DNA from: Clostridia bacterium
GTDB lineage: Bacteria > Bacillota > Clostridia > Oscillospirales > Acutalibacteraceae
DNA length: 46,060 nt
Reading direction: 5' to 3'
Assembly: GCA_017466905.1 (NCBI GenBank)
Contig: JAFTTE010000069.1
Coordinates: 1-46,060, forward strand
Below are positions 36,918 to 46,060 of this stretch, piece by piece (the stretch's first letter is position 1; every line of letters begins with the position of its first letter). The position numbers and the translations under genes were made by a program. Below the pieces are notes generated by a model, which was given only the letters and a program-made list of their open reading frames with translations, did not search any database and was not told the DNA's origin.

Positions 36918-38584
36918 ACAGTTCCCACCTTTACAATGATATCATCCATACTGCCGCCGGGTGGAAGCATAGGAAGAACAAATTCGTCTTTATCAATTTT
37001 GCAGTCAATAATATAGGGACCGTCGGCATTAAAGGCTTTTGCAAGAGCGGCATCCAACTCTTCTTTTGTGGATACAGCCTCACCGTCCGCGCCAAAGGAA
37101 CGGGCCAGAGATACAAAATCGGTCTTTCGGTTAAGAACGGTGTTTGAATAGTGCTTATCAAAAAACAATGTCTGCCATTGCCGCACCATACCAAGTACAC
37201 CATTATTTAAAATAAGTATAACTACGGGAACATTGTAGCTCACGGCAGTTGCAAGCTCGTTAAGGCACATACCAAAGCTGCCGTCACCCGTTACCAGAAC
37301 GCTGCGTTCTTTTGTGCCGAATGCTGCGCCTATAGCGGCACCCAAGCCGAAGCCCATTGTGCCAAGACCTCCGCTGGAAACAAAGCGGCGCGGCGCTTTA
37401 AAACTCAGGTTTTGCGCTGACCACATCTGATGCTGACCGACATCGGTAGCAACAGCAGTATTTTCGCCTAAATGTTTATTAAGCGTCAGTATTGCGCTTC
37501 GCGGAGTCAATCCGTCACGGTTATCAAGGTAGTCATTTTCTTCTTTGCGGAAGTTGTCAACCTTTTGTATCCAATCAGGCTTTTGGTCCTCTTTTAGCAT
37601 AGGCAAAAGTTTTTGAAGCGTCAGCTTTACATCGCCGCGCAGTCCACAAACGGCGTTTACGGTTTTGGACAGCTCAGAGCCGTCAACATCAATATGAACA
37701 ATTTTTGCTCCCGTTGCAAATTTTGCGCGGTTACCTGTAACGCGGTCATTAAAGCGAACGCCCAGAGATATTATAAGGTCTGCATTGTGCATAGCCATAG
37801 ATGATGCGTAGTGTCCGTGCATTCCTTGCATACCAAGGAAGCGTGGGTGGTCGGTAGGAACACCTGAAAGCCCCATAAGCGAGCAACCGATAGGTGCGTC
37901 GATTTTCTCGGCGAGGGCCAGCATTTCATCCTGCGCATTTGCGGTAATTAAACCGCCGCCAAAATAGATGTATGGACGTTTTGCCGCATTGATGTGCTTT
38001 GCCGCTTCTTCAATACGGATATCCTTTGCAGCTCGAGGTGCTTCTGCTTGAACGGGTGGCTGAGGCTCGTATTCACATTTGGCTATCTGTACATCTTTTG
38101 GTATATCAATAAGCACAGGTCCCGGTCTGCCCGACTTTGCAAGCATAAAGGCCTCGCGAACTGTATCGGCCAGATCCTCTACAGAGCCGACAAAATAATT
38201 GTGCTTTGTAATAGGTAGGGTAACACCGGTGATATCGATTTCCTGAAAACTATCCGAGCCGATTTGTGTAGTCGGTACATTGCCGCAGATGGCAACCATC
38301 GGAATAGAATCAAGATAAGCAGTTGCAATGCCTGTTACAAGATTGGTAGCGCCGGGACCCGAGGTGGATATTACAACGCCTACCTTTCCGGTGGTTCGGG
38401 CATATCCGTCTGCGGCGTGCGCCGCGCCTTGCTCGTGAGCGGTCAGGATATGATTAATTTGCGTTTGATGAGTATAGAGGCTGTCATAAACATTAAGTAT
38501 TTGTCCGCCGGGATAACCAAATACGGTGTCACAGCCCTGTTCAATTAAAACTTTTACAAGTATATCTGCGCCTGAAAGAAGCAT
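36914..38584 (-). CDS. ilvB: Acetolactate synthase large subunit (ThDP-dependent)
   Basis: 556 aa with GYPGG N-terminus and ThDP motif GDGSF..NN. Confidence 0.95.
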
Positions 38585-38588
38585 TATA

Positions 38589-39656
38589 TCACTCCTTTTT
38601 TAAATTTTCTAAAACTAAGTCGCCACACCTGCTGCAGCCGACTTTTGTCATACCGTCGCTCATAATATCGGCGGTGCGGTAGCCAGCATCAAGATAAGCC
38701 GAAACGGCATTTTCAATAGCATCAGCCTCTTCTGACATATCAAAGCTGTAACGCAACATCATAGCAGCGGAAAGAATCGTACCAATTGGGTTGGCAATAT
38801 CCTTTCCTGCGATATCCGGCGCTGAGCCGTGGATAGGCTCATACAGTCCGCAGGTGGTGCTGCCCAGACTGGAGGAAGGAATCATACCGATAGAGCCTGT
38901 AATCATAGATGCTTCGTCTGAGAGGATATCGCCAAACATATTCTCGGTCACCACAACATCAAACTGTGCGGGATTCTTTACAATCTGCATTGCGCAATTG
39001 TCTACGAGCATATCGGAAAGCTCTACATCGGGGTATTCCTCGGCAAGTCTGTGCATCACCTTTTTCCAAAGGCGACTGCTGTCTAAAACATTGCTCTTTT
39101 CAACAGAACAAAGCTTTTTGTTTCTCTTTCTTGCGGTTTCAAAACCGATTCTACCGATACGCTCGATTTCGGTTTCACTGTATTTAAGTATATCGGTGGC
39201 AGTATCACCTTCGGTTTTATGCTCGCCAAAGTATATACCGCCGATTAATTCTCTCACGATAATAAAGTCGATACCTTTATCCACAATAGATTTCTTTAAA
39301 GGCGAAGCATCTGCTAACTGTTTCCAAATTTTTGCGGGACGGTTGTTGGAATAAACGCCCATTCCGGCTCTTAGTCTGAGCAAGCCCTTTTCGGGACGTT
39401 TGGGTCCGGGCACATCGTTCCATTTGTCACCGCCTACAGCACCAAGAAGCACGCTATCAGATTCTACACATTTTTTTAGTTCTGAATCTGGTAAAGGATC
39501 ACCGTATTTATCAATAGCGCAGCCGCCCATATCCACATCGGTGTAGCTAAAGGTGTGTCCATAAAGCTCGGCAATCCTGTTAAGCACCTTAAGTGCTTGC
39601 TCTACAATTTCGGGACCGATACCGTCACCGCGTATAACCGCAATATTTTTAACCAT
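38589..39656 (-). CDS. leuB: 3-isopropylmalate dehydrogenase
   Basis: 355 aa with [12 protein letters not shown] signature. Confidence 0.95.
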   Translation of the reverse strand: MVKNIAVIRGDGIGPEIVEQALKVLNRIAELYGHTFSYTDVDMGGCAIDKYGDPLPDSELKKCVESDSVLLGAVGGDKWNDVPGPKRPEKGLLRLRAGMGVYSNNRPAKIWKQLADASPLKKSIVDKGIDFIIVRELIGGIYFGEHKTEGDTATDILKYSETEIERIGRIGFETARKRNKKLCSVEKSNVLDSSRLWKKVMHRLAEEYPDVELSDMLVDNCAMQIVKNPAQFDVVVTENMFGDILSDEASMITGSIGMIPSSSLGSTTCGLYEPIHGSAPDIAGKDIANPIGTILSAAMMLRYSFDMSEEADAIENAVSAYLDAGYRTADIMSDGMTKVGCSRCGDLVLENLKKE

Positions 39657-40146
39657 TGGTTTCGCCTTCTTTCAAGGATTTCAATAGTCCGCCGTTTTTA
39701 ATAATGTTTTGAATAAACGGTGGAAAAGGCTGCGCTTCATAGGCTTTGCCTGTGGTGATGTTGGTGATAACACCTGTGTCAAAATTGACCTTGACTTCAT
39801 CACCTGCGGCAATTTCTTCTGCGGCTTGCTCGCATTCGAGTATGGGAAGACCGATGTTTATAGCATTGCGATAAAAAATACGCGCAAAGCTTTTAGCAAT
39901 TACACAGCCGGTACCACAGGTCTTGATAACAAGAGGCGCGTGCTCGCGAGAGGAGCCGCAACCAAAGTTCCAACCGGCTACCATAACGTCACCCACTTGC
40001 ACATTCTTTACAAACTCGGTGTCAATATCTTCCATACAGTGTAAAGCCAATTCCTGCGCATCAGGCGTATTTAAGTAACGGGCAGGAATAATAACATCGG
40101 TGTCAACATTGTCGGGGTATTTAAAAACTTTTCCTTGTGTGTTCAT
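39649..40146 (-). CDS. leuD: 3-isopropylmalate dehydratase small subunit
   Basis: 165 aa with GCGSSREHA motif. Confidence 0.93.
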   Translation of the reverse strand: MNTQGKVFKYPDNVDTDVIIPARYLNTPDAQELALHCMEDIDTEFVKNVQVGDVMVAGWNFGCGSSREHAPLVIKTCGTGCVIAKSFARIFYRNAINIGLPILECEQAAEEIAAGDEVKVNFDTGVITNITTGKAYEAQPFPPFIQNIIKNGGLLKSLKEGETNG

Positions 40147-40148
40147 TA

Positions 40149-41408
40149 TTAAACCTCCTCGGGATTAGTGATGTAGCCTGTAAGCGCGCTTGCTGCGGCA
40201 GTTGCAGGAGAGGCCAAATAAACCTCGCTGTCAACGTGACCCATACGGCCTACAAAGTTGCGGTTTGTGGTGGCGATACAGCGCTCGCCTGCGGCTAAAA
40301 TGCCCATATAACCGCCAAGACACGGTCCGCAGGTAGGCGTTGATACAACAGCGCCTGCGTCAATAAATGCGGTATACCAGCCACGCTGGACACATTCGCG
40401 TAAAATCTGCATTGTGCCGGGGATTATAATGCAACGGATACCGTCGGCAATTTTTTTACCATTTAAAATTTTATAGGCGGTTTCCATATCTTCCATACGT
40501 CCGTTGGTGCAGCTGCCGATTACAACCTGGTCAATCTTGATATGTGAAAGTTCGCTTGCAGGATGCGTATTTTCGGGAAGATGAGGACAGCTAACTGTGG
40601 GAACAATTTTGGAAAGATCAATATCAATAACCTTTTCGTATTCTGCGTCAGCGTCAGCCTCGTAAACCACGGGTTCACGCTCGCTGCGACCGTTTAAATA
40701 TTCCATAGTTACATTGTCAACAGGGAATATACCGTTTTTTGCGCCCGCTTCAATAGCCATATTGCAAATACAAAGGCGGTCATCTATTGAAAGCGAGTGT
40801 GCGCCGTCGCCTGTAAATTCCATACTCTTGTAAAGCGCACCGTCAACACCAATCATACCTATAATTGTAAGAATAACATCTTTACCGCTGCAATTTACAG
40901 GCAGCTTGCCTGTAAGATTAAACTTGATAGCAGAGGGCACCTTAAACCAAGCGGTACCCGTCGCCATACCGGCTGCCATATCGGTAGAGCCTACACCTGT
41001 CGAGAATGCGCCAAGCGCGCCATAGGTGCAGGTGTGAGAGTCGGCGCCTATAATACAGTCGCCCGCGGTTACAACACCCTGTTCGGGCAGTAATGCGTGC
41101 TCAATTCCCATTTTTCCAACATCATAAAAATGGCTGACACAGTGGCTACACGCAAATTCGCGACAGGTTTTTGACTGTTCGGCTGCCTTGATATCCTTGT
41201 TAGGTACAAAGTGGTCAAGTACAATAGCTACACGATCTTTATCAAAAACATCGGTAAAGCCTGCCTTTTTAAACTCGTTAACAGCAACGGGGGTTGTAAT
41301 GTCGTTGCCGAGCACTATATCAAGTTTTGCGCTGATAAGCTGACCTGCAACAACTTGGTCGAGTCCTGCGTGGGCTGCTAATATCTTTTGAGTCATTGTC
41401 ATACCCAT
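40149..41408 (-). CDS. leuC: 3-isopropylmalate dehydratase large subunit
   Basis: 419 aa aconitase-family protein with Cys ligands (GSCTNGR, CGPCLG). The start overlaps the leuA stop (TAATG). Confidence 0.95.
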   Translation of the reverse strand: MGMTMTQKILAAHAGLDQVVAGQLISAKLDIVLGNDITTPVAVNEFKKAGFTDVFDKDRVAIVLDHFVPNKDIKAAEQSKTCREFACSHCVSHFYDVGKMGIEHALLPEQGVVTAGDCIIGADSHTCTYGALGAFSTGVGSTDMAAGMATGTAWFKVPSAIKFNLTGKLPVNCSGKDVILTIIGMIGVDGALYKSMEFTGDGAHSLSIDDRLCICNMAIEAGAKNGIFPVDNVTMEYLNGRSEREPVVYEADADAEYEKVIDIDLSKIVPTVSCPHLPENTHPASELSHIKIDQVVIGSCTNGRMEDMETAYKILNGKKIADGIRCIIIPGTMQILRECVQRGWYTAFIDAGAVVSTPTCGPCLGGYMGILAAGERCIATTNRNFVGRMGHVDSEVYLASPATAAASALTGYITNPEEV

Positions 41409-43084
41409 TATTCATTATCTCCTTTTGTCATATTGTGAAATGCGCTAAGCAATGCATTTGTGCTGGCGCGAATAACGTCAGTATCGGTGCCTGCGCCCCA
41501 GAACATTGTTCCGTCTTCGCGCAAAAGACCGATATAAGAAGCTGCAACACTGTGAGAGCCCTGACCTTGCATACTGTGCTGGGTAAATACTTGCAGGGTG
41601 TATTCCTCGCCTGTGTAGGCTTTAAGCGCGTTGTTGACGGCGCTTAAATGTCCGTTGCCCTCGGCTTCCATTTCTGTTTCATTACCGTCATTCATAAATG
41701 TGATATTAATTTTTACAGTATCGTTTTCACTCATAAAGTCAAAATCTGTAACGTCAATACCGCAGTCAAGATTTAAGTAATTTGCGGTGAAGATATCCAA
41801 AACCTCGTCAGGCTTTAATTCTTTATGCTCGTGGTCGGAAACACTTTTACACATATAGCTGAAATGCTCACGCATTTTTGCAGGCAGATTGTAGCCAAAG
41901 GTCTGCTCAAGCAGATAGCCTATACCGCCTTTGCCCGACTGTGAATTTACACGGATTACATCGGCATCATATGTACGGCCGATATCCTTTGGGTCAATTG
42001 GAATATAGGGAACATTCCACTGATGCAGCTTGTTTTTGCTACGGTATTTCATACCCTTGGCAATAGCGTCCTGATGACTGCCCGAGAATGCGGCAAATAC
42101 CAACGCTCCTGCATAGGGCGCTCTTTCATAAACGTGCATACGGGTGCAGCGTTCGTATTTTTCAACAAGTTCGTTCATATTTGAAAGGTCAAGACAGGGG
42201 TCAACACCGTGTGAGTACATATTCATAGCAAGTGTGATGATATCCACATTACCGGTGCGTTCGCCGTTGCCAAACAGTGTGCCTTCTACACGGTCAGCAC
42301 CTGCAAGAAGCGCGAGTTCGGTATCGGCAACACCTGTGCCGCGGTCATTATGCGGATGCAATGAAAGGGTTACAAACTCGCGGTATTTGAGGTTTTCGCT
42401 CATATATTCTACCTGAGACGCATAAACGTGGGGGAGACTCATCTCAACCGTTACAGGCAGATTGATGATAACGTTGTTGTCTTCACTTGGCTCCAACACA
42501 TCAAGTACTGCGTTGCAAACCTCAAGTGCATATTCAGGCTCGGTACCTGTAAAGGATTCGGGCGAATACTCAAAACGGAAGTTGCCGTCGTACTCTGCCG
42601 CCAATTTCTTGACAAGCTTTGCGCCGTCAACGGCAATCTGCTTGATTTCTTCTTTACTCTTTTTAAAGACTTGTTCACGCTGCGCCACACTTACAGAATT
42701 GTAAAAATGAATAATTGCGCTGGGTGCGCCTTTACATGCGTCAAAGGTTTTGCGGATGATATGCTCACGGCATTGTGTGAGTACCTGAACGGTAACATCC
42801 TCAGGAATCATATTATTGTCAATCAGTGTACGCAAAAATTCGTATTCGGTTTCACTTGCTGCAGGGAAACCAACCTCAATTTCTTTAAAGCCAACATCCA
42901 GCAGAACCTTATAATACTCAAGCTTTTCCTCAAGACTCATAGGAATAACAAGGCTTTGGTTGCCGTCGCGCATATCAACACTGCACCATACGGGTGGTTT
43001 TTCGATATGGTCTTTTTCTACCCATTTATTATAACTTTTATCTACGGGGAAGTACCCCACTCGGTATTTACTTGAATCCATCAT
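41408..43084 (-). CDS. leuA: 2-isopropylmalate synthase (long form with C-terminal regulatory domain)
   Basis: 558 aa with LRDGNQ-type (MRDGNQS) and HPHNDRGTG motifs. Confidence 0.93.
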   Translation of the reverse strand: MMDSSKYRVGYFPVDKSYNKWVEKDHIEKPPVWCSVDMRDGNQSLVIPMSLEEKLEYYKVLLDVGFKEIEVGFPAASETEYEFLRTLIDNNMIPEDVTVQVLTQCREHIIRKTFDACKGAPSAIIHFYNSVSVAQREQVFKKSKEEIKQIAVDGAKLVKKLAAEYDGNFRFEYSPESFTGTEPEYALEVCNAVLDVLEPSEDNNVIINLPVTVEMSLPHVYASQVEYMSENLKYREFVTLSLHPHNDRGTGVADTELALLAGADRVEGTLFGNGERTGNVDIITLAMNMYSHGVDPCLDLSNMNELVEKYERCTRMHVYERAPYAGALVFAAFSGSHQDAIAKGMKYRSKNKLHQWNVPYIPIDPKDIGRTYDADVIRVNSQSGKGGIGYLLEQTFGYNLPAKMREHFSYMCKSVSDHEHKELKPDEVLDIFTANYLNLDCGIDVTDFDFMSENDTVKINITFMNDGNETEMEAEGNGHLSAVNNALKAYTGEEYTLQVFTQHSMQGQGSHSVAASYIGLLREDGTMFWGAGTDTDVIRASTNALLSAFHNMTKGDNE

Positions 43085-43090
43085 AACGTT

Positions 43091-43468
43091 TTACTCCTTC
43101 TCTGCAATTACTTCTACTTCGACCAAAGCGCCTTTTGGAAGGTCTTTGACTGCTACGCAACTTCGCGCAGGTTTTTCTGTAAAATACTGCGCATATACTT
43201 CATTAAATGCGGCAAAATCTGCCATATCGTTTAAAAAACATACGGTTTTTACAGCTTTTTCAAGGTTGCTGCCTGCCGACTCTAAAACTGCTTGTAGATT
43301 TTTGCAAACCCTGTGCGTTTGCTCGGTAATGTTTTCACCCTCTATCAGTCCCGTTTTGGGATTCAGAGGAATTTGCCCTGATGTAAAAATAAGGTTACCC
43401 ACACATACTGCCTGTGAGTAAGGTCCGATTGCCGCCGGAGCCTTGTTTGTGCTTACTTTTATACTCAT
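43091..43468 (-). CDS. ridA: RidA/YjgF-family enamine/imine deaminase
   Basis: 125 aa; APAAIGPYSQA...SGQIP...R.CV.V..LP.GA.VEVE. Confidence 0.9.
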   Translation of the reverse strand: MSIKVSTNKAPAAIGPYSQAVCVGNLIFTSGQIPLNPKTGLIEGENITEQTHRVCKNLQAVLESAGSNLEKAVKTVCFLNDMADFAAFNEVYAQYFTEKPARSCVAVKDLPKGALVEVEVIAEKE

Positions 43469-43481
43469 AAATTATACTCCT

Positions 43482-44678
43482 TTACACTATCTTAAATCCT
43501 TCGTTTCGTAGGGACTGTGTGATCAAATTAACATGCTCGAAATCTCTTGTTTCCATTTCGATACGGAGGAAACATCCGTTTACACTTTCGGTATTGCCCT
43601 TTTCATAGTGAACGCCTGTTACGTTACCGCCGCAATCGGCTATAATACGGGAAATATCCTTCAGCTGACCGGGTTTGTCGATAAGCTCGATAAGCAGGCT
43701 TGATGAACGTCCCGAATTAAGAAGTCCGCGGTCAATAACACGGGAAAGGCTTGTAACATCAATATTGCCGCCCGATACAACAGCAACTACACGTTTGCCC
43801 TTCAAATCGAATTTGCCTGCCATAACTGCTGCTACTGCCGTAGCGCCTGCGCCTTCGGCAATCATCTTTTGTTTTTCTATTAGCGCCAAAATTGCCGAAG
43901 CCACCTCGTCATCGGTGACAAGAGCAATTTCATCAACATATTCTCGAACTAAAGCATAGGTGTTTTCGCCGGGCTTTTTAACAGCGATACCGTCTGCTAT
44001 GGTAGAAACTGAAGAAAGGCACTCGATTTCGCCATCCTTTACCGAGTTATACATACTCGCAGCACCTTTAACCTGCACACCGTAAATTTTAACAGAAGGT
44101 CTGATTTGTTTTGCGGTATAGGCAATACCCGAGATAAGTCCGCCGCCGCCGATTGGTACTACGATGGCATCTATATTGTCAAGGTCGTTTAATATTTCAA
44201 GTGCAATGGTTCCCTGACCCGCAATAACATTTTCGTCATCAAAGGGATGAACAAAGGTATATCCTTCACTTTCTTTAAGCTCTAATGCCTTTTGGTAGGC
44301 ATCATCATAGCAGCCTTCCACAAGGCATACATCGGCGCCAAAGCCTTTGGTCGCCTCCACCTTGGAAATAGGTGCGCTGTCAGGTAAGCAAATTAAAGAT
44401 TTTATTCCATTTTTGGTTGCGGCAAGCGCCACACCCTGCGCATGATTGCCTGCTGAGCAAGCGATAACGCCCTTTTTCTTTTCTTCCTCAGAGAGCATCG
44501 CTATTTTGTATGCTGAGCCTCTTACCTTAAAAGAGCCGGTAATTTGTAGGTTTTCAGGCTTTAGGTATAGCTCACAATCAGGAGCAATACCATAGGCACG
44601 GACCACATTCGTTTCACGAATAATGTTTTTAAGCACCGATTGTGCGTTGAATACTTGGTCTAAAGATAACATTTTCAT
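43482..44678 (-). CDS. ilvA: Threonine ammonia-lyase (biosynthetic-type with one ACT-like domain)
   Basis: 398 aa with PLP Lys motif TGSFKVRGA-like (TGSFKVRGS) and GGGGL loop. Confidence 0.92.
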   Translation of the reverse strand: MKMLSLDQVFNAQSVLKNIIRETNVVRAYGIAPDCELYLKPENLQITGSFKVRGSAYKIAMLSEEEKKKGVIACSAGNHAQGVALAATKNGIKSLICLPDSAPISKVEATKGFGADVCLVEGCYDDAYQKALELKESEGYTFVHPFDDENVIAGQGTIALEILNDLDNIDAIVVPIGGGGLISGIAYTAKQIRPSVKIYGVQVKGAASMYNSVKDGEIECLSSVSTIADGIAVKKPGENTYALVREYVDEIALVTDDEVASAILALIEKQKMIAEGAGATAVAAVMAGKFDLKGKRVVAVVSGGNIDVTSLSRVIDRGLLNSGRSSSLLIELIDKPGQLKDISRIIADCGGNVTGVHYEKGNTESVNGCFLRIEMETRDFEHVNLITQSLRNEGFKIV

Positions 44679-44728
44679 TCCGCCTTTCTTATCTTAAGTC
44701 TATGCGTCAGATTTTGCTTTAAGGCAAA

Positions 44729-45010
44729 ACAAAAACCCGCCTCAAAGCCTTTGATTGCTTTGAGACGGGTGTAAATCAGAATTTGCACTCGCGGTACCAC
44801 TCAAATTGCGGAAAACAATCCGCCACCTCTTCGAAGTCATATAACCTCTATGCACTGACGTAGCATACACGGGAAACGCCTACTGGGGATCATACCTTTC
44901 GGGCTTCCGGCTCGGAAGTGATGGGAATTTCTATCTTATTTTATCGGGATTGCACCATCCCCGACTCTCTAAAAAAATAACTAATAGATTCCGTCTTCGT
45001 CGTAGCCTTT
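44729..45010 (-). promoter_or_regulatory. T-box riboswitch (complete; probable Ile AUC specifier)
   Basis: The minus strand has a Stem I with AGAGAG bulge and GGTGCAA distal loop. The candidate specifier is C-ATC-A (codon at 44920..44922). The T-box sequence is AATTTGAGTGGTACCGCGAG (44788..44807). The terminator is CCCGTCTCAAAGC/GCTTTGAGGCGGG plus TTTTT (44729..44769). Confidence 0.8.
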
Positions 45011-45011
45011 G

Positions 45012-45194
45012 ACTTGGTCGAAGTCAAACAACCTCTATGCACTGACGTAGCATACACGGGTCGCCCTACTTTATTTACAGGTTCAGGCTTCCGGCTCGGA
45101 AGTGAGAGGACGAGGATATATAACACACTGATTTGCACCAACCATCAGTTCTCTGTAATGCTTTTCTCCAGGACCATTCTTCGTCATAGCCTTT
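45012..45194 (-). promoter_or_regulatory. Upstream T-box-like Stem I-III module without its own T-box or terminator (probable Leu CUC specifier)
   Basis: It starts with the same AAAGGCTAYGACGAAGA as the downstream unit and has AGAGAA bulge and GGTGCAA loop. Specifier-position T-CTC-A (45104..45106). It shares near-identical CACTTCCGAGCCGGAAGCC and CCCGTGTATGCTACGTCAGTGCATAGAGGTT blocks. It ends in a hairpin TTTGACTT-CGACC-AAGTCAAA with no U-tract. Confidence 0.55.
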
Positions 45195-45216
45195 AACAAT
45201 ATTAAATTTGTGATAC

Positions 45217-45245
45217 ATTTTACTACTTTAAAGTGATAATGTCAA
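45217..45245 (-). promoter_or_regulatory. Sigma-A promoter of the ilv/leu leader
   Basis: Minus strand TTGACA-17 nt-TAAAAT. Confidence 0.65.
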
Positions 45246-45306
45246 GTGTTTTTTAAAAAAATTAACATATTATTTGTTATTGTAATTGACTTGATTTTAC
45301 GTGTTC

Positions 45307-45335
45307 TTGAAATGTTCATAAATCTGTTGTATAAT
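45307..45335 (+). promoter_or_regulatory. Sigma-A promoter of the XRE-family gene
   Basis: TTGAAA-17 nt-TATAAT. Confidence 0.6.
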
Positions 45336-45366
45336 TAACTGAAGCAAATATGCACAGGAGGCTGCT

Positions 45367-45969
45367 ATGGAAGATATAAAAAGTATTGTCGCCAAAAACA
45401 TAACGGAACTCAGACTCCTTAATAATATGACACAAATGGAGCTTGCAGAAAAACTTAATTATTCGGACAAAACCGTATCCAAGTGGGAGCGCGCGGAATC
45501 TTCACCCGATATATCCGTCCTTGTTGAAATTGCCGACCTGTTTGGCGTTTCGCTTGATTATCTGGTAAGAGCAGAAAATATTGACGAGAGGGTTAAGGAG
45601 AATAAGCAAAAGCAAACAAAATATAATCGCAGAGTGATTTCCTATATTTCAGAGAGTGTGGCTTGGATTGTTGCTATTCTTGCGTTTATCATCACCTCGC
45701 TGATTATAGGGGAAACCACATTTCAATGGCTTTATTTTATATACGCCTTGCCGATAGTTATGGTTATAAAGCTTATTTTTAATTCGATTTGGTTTAACCC
45801 TCGGCATAACTACTTAATCATTTCGGCGCTAATTTGGTCGATACTCGCCACTATACATATTACTTTTTTATATTTCGATATAAATGTTTCTTTGATATAT
45901 CTTTTGGGAATCGCTGGACAGATAGTTGTAATTCTGTGGTCATTTATCAAGAAACCAAAAACAAAATAA
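45367..45969 (+). CDS. XRE-family HTH protein with C-terminal multi-TM domain
   Basis: N-terminus LRLLNNMTQMELAEKLNYSDKTVSKWERAES is an HTH_3 motif. The C-terminal ~100 aa form 3-4 TM helices. RBS AGGAGG. Confidence 0.85.
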   Translation: MEDIKSIVAKNITELRLLNNMTQMELAEKLNYSDKTVSKWERAESSPDISVLVEIADLFGVSLDYLVRAENIDERVKENKQKQTKYNRRVISYISESVAWIVAILAFIITSLIIGETTFQWLYFIYALPIVMVIKLIFNSIWFNPRHNYLIISALIWSILATIHITFLYFDINVSLIYLLGIAGQIVVILWSFIKKPKTK

Positions 45970-45982
45970 GAATATCAGAAAG

Positions 45983-46021
45983 AAAACGCCCTGTTTCGCT
46001 GTGAAAACAGGGCGTTTTCTT
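45983..46021 (+). terminator. Rho-independent terminator
   Basis: AAAACGCCCTGTTT-CGCTGTGA-AAACAGGGCGTTTT followed by CT. Confidence 0.8.
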
Positions 46022-46060
46022 GTAATTCTACGAAATGTAGAGTCGTCAGTAGAAAAATTC

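Noticed and set aside
44941-45196. ORFs 44941..45141 (-) and 45014..45196 (+)
   Set aside because: They lie entirely within the T-box leader, and the sequence is better explained by conserved RNA elements.

Overview
The window looks like a low-GC, spore-forming Clostridia-type chromosome segment; this is an inference from spoVT, T-box and ZTP leaders and AT-rich intergenic DNA. All domain calls are by-eye motif recognition, with no database searches run.

Core blocks:
- A Crp/Fnr regulator sits divergent from a 4Fe-4S protein.
- pflB-pflA lies behind a ZTP (pfl-motif) riboswitch.
- A nagA plus ROK-type kinase operon, acpP and spoVT are present.
- A 12-gene minus-strand operon (ilvA-ridA-leuA-leuC-leuD-leuB-ilvB-ilvN-ilvC-ilvD plus a DUF815 ATPase and a MaoC hydratase) lies behind a tandem T-box-like leader.

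Accessory blocks:
1. At the left edge, on the 3' side of tRNA-Leu(CAG), are a WYL regulator, a DnaB-C-terminal-only ATPase and a short DnaE-like fragment.
2. About 7.9 kb lies between two direct copies of the spoVT RBS and first 11 codons. It carries a VanRS-like two-component system, a C39-like peptidase, a PARIS-like ABC-ATPase/DUF4435-TOPRIM pair and an AlbA_2 (Schlafen-like)/HATPase_c_4 protein.
3. A 1409-aa secreted endonuclease-I protein has three copies of an unrecognised ~145-aa module. It is followed by two acidic small proteins.

RNA-level oddities:
- A GC-rich ~150-nt transcript begins like tRNA-Leu.
- An ORF-poor promoter-to-terminator unit lies at 13.7-14.1 kb.
- A hairpin family with a conserved loop recurs four times.

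The strongest candidates for an undescribed system are the island at 17.7-25.6 kb, the left-edge WYL/DnaB_C module and the nuclease operon.
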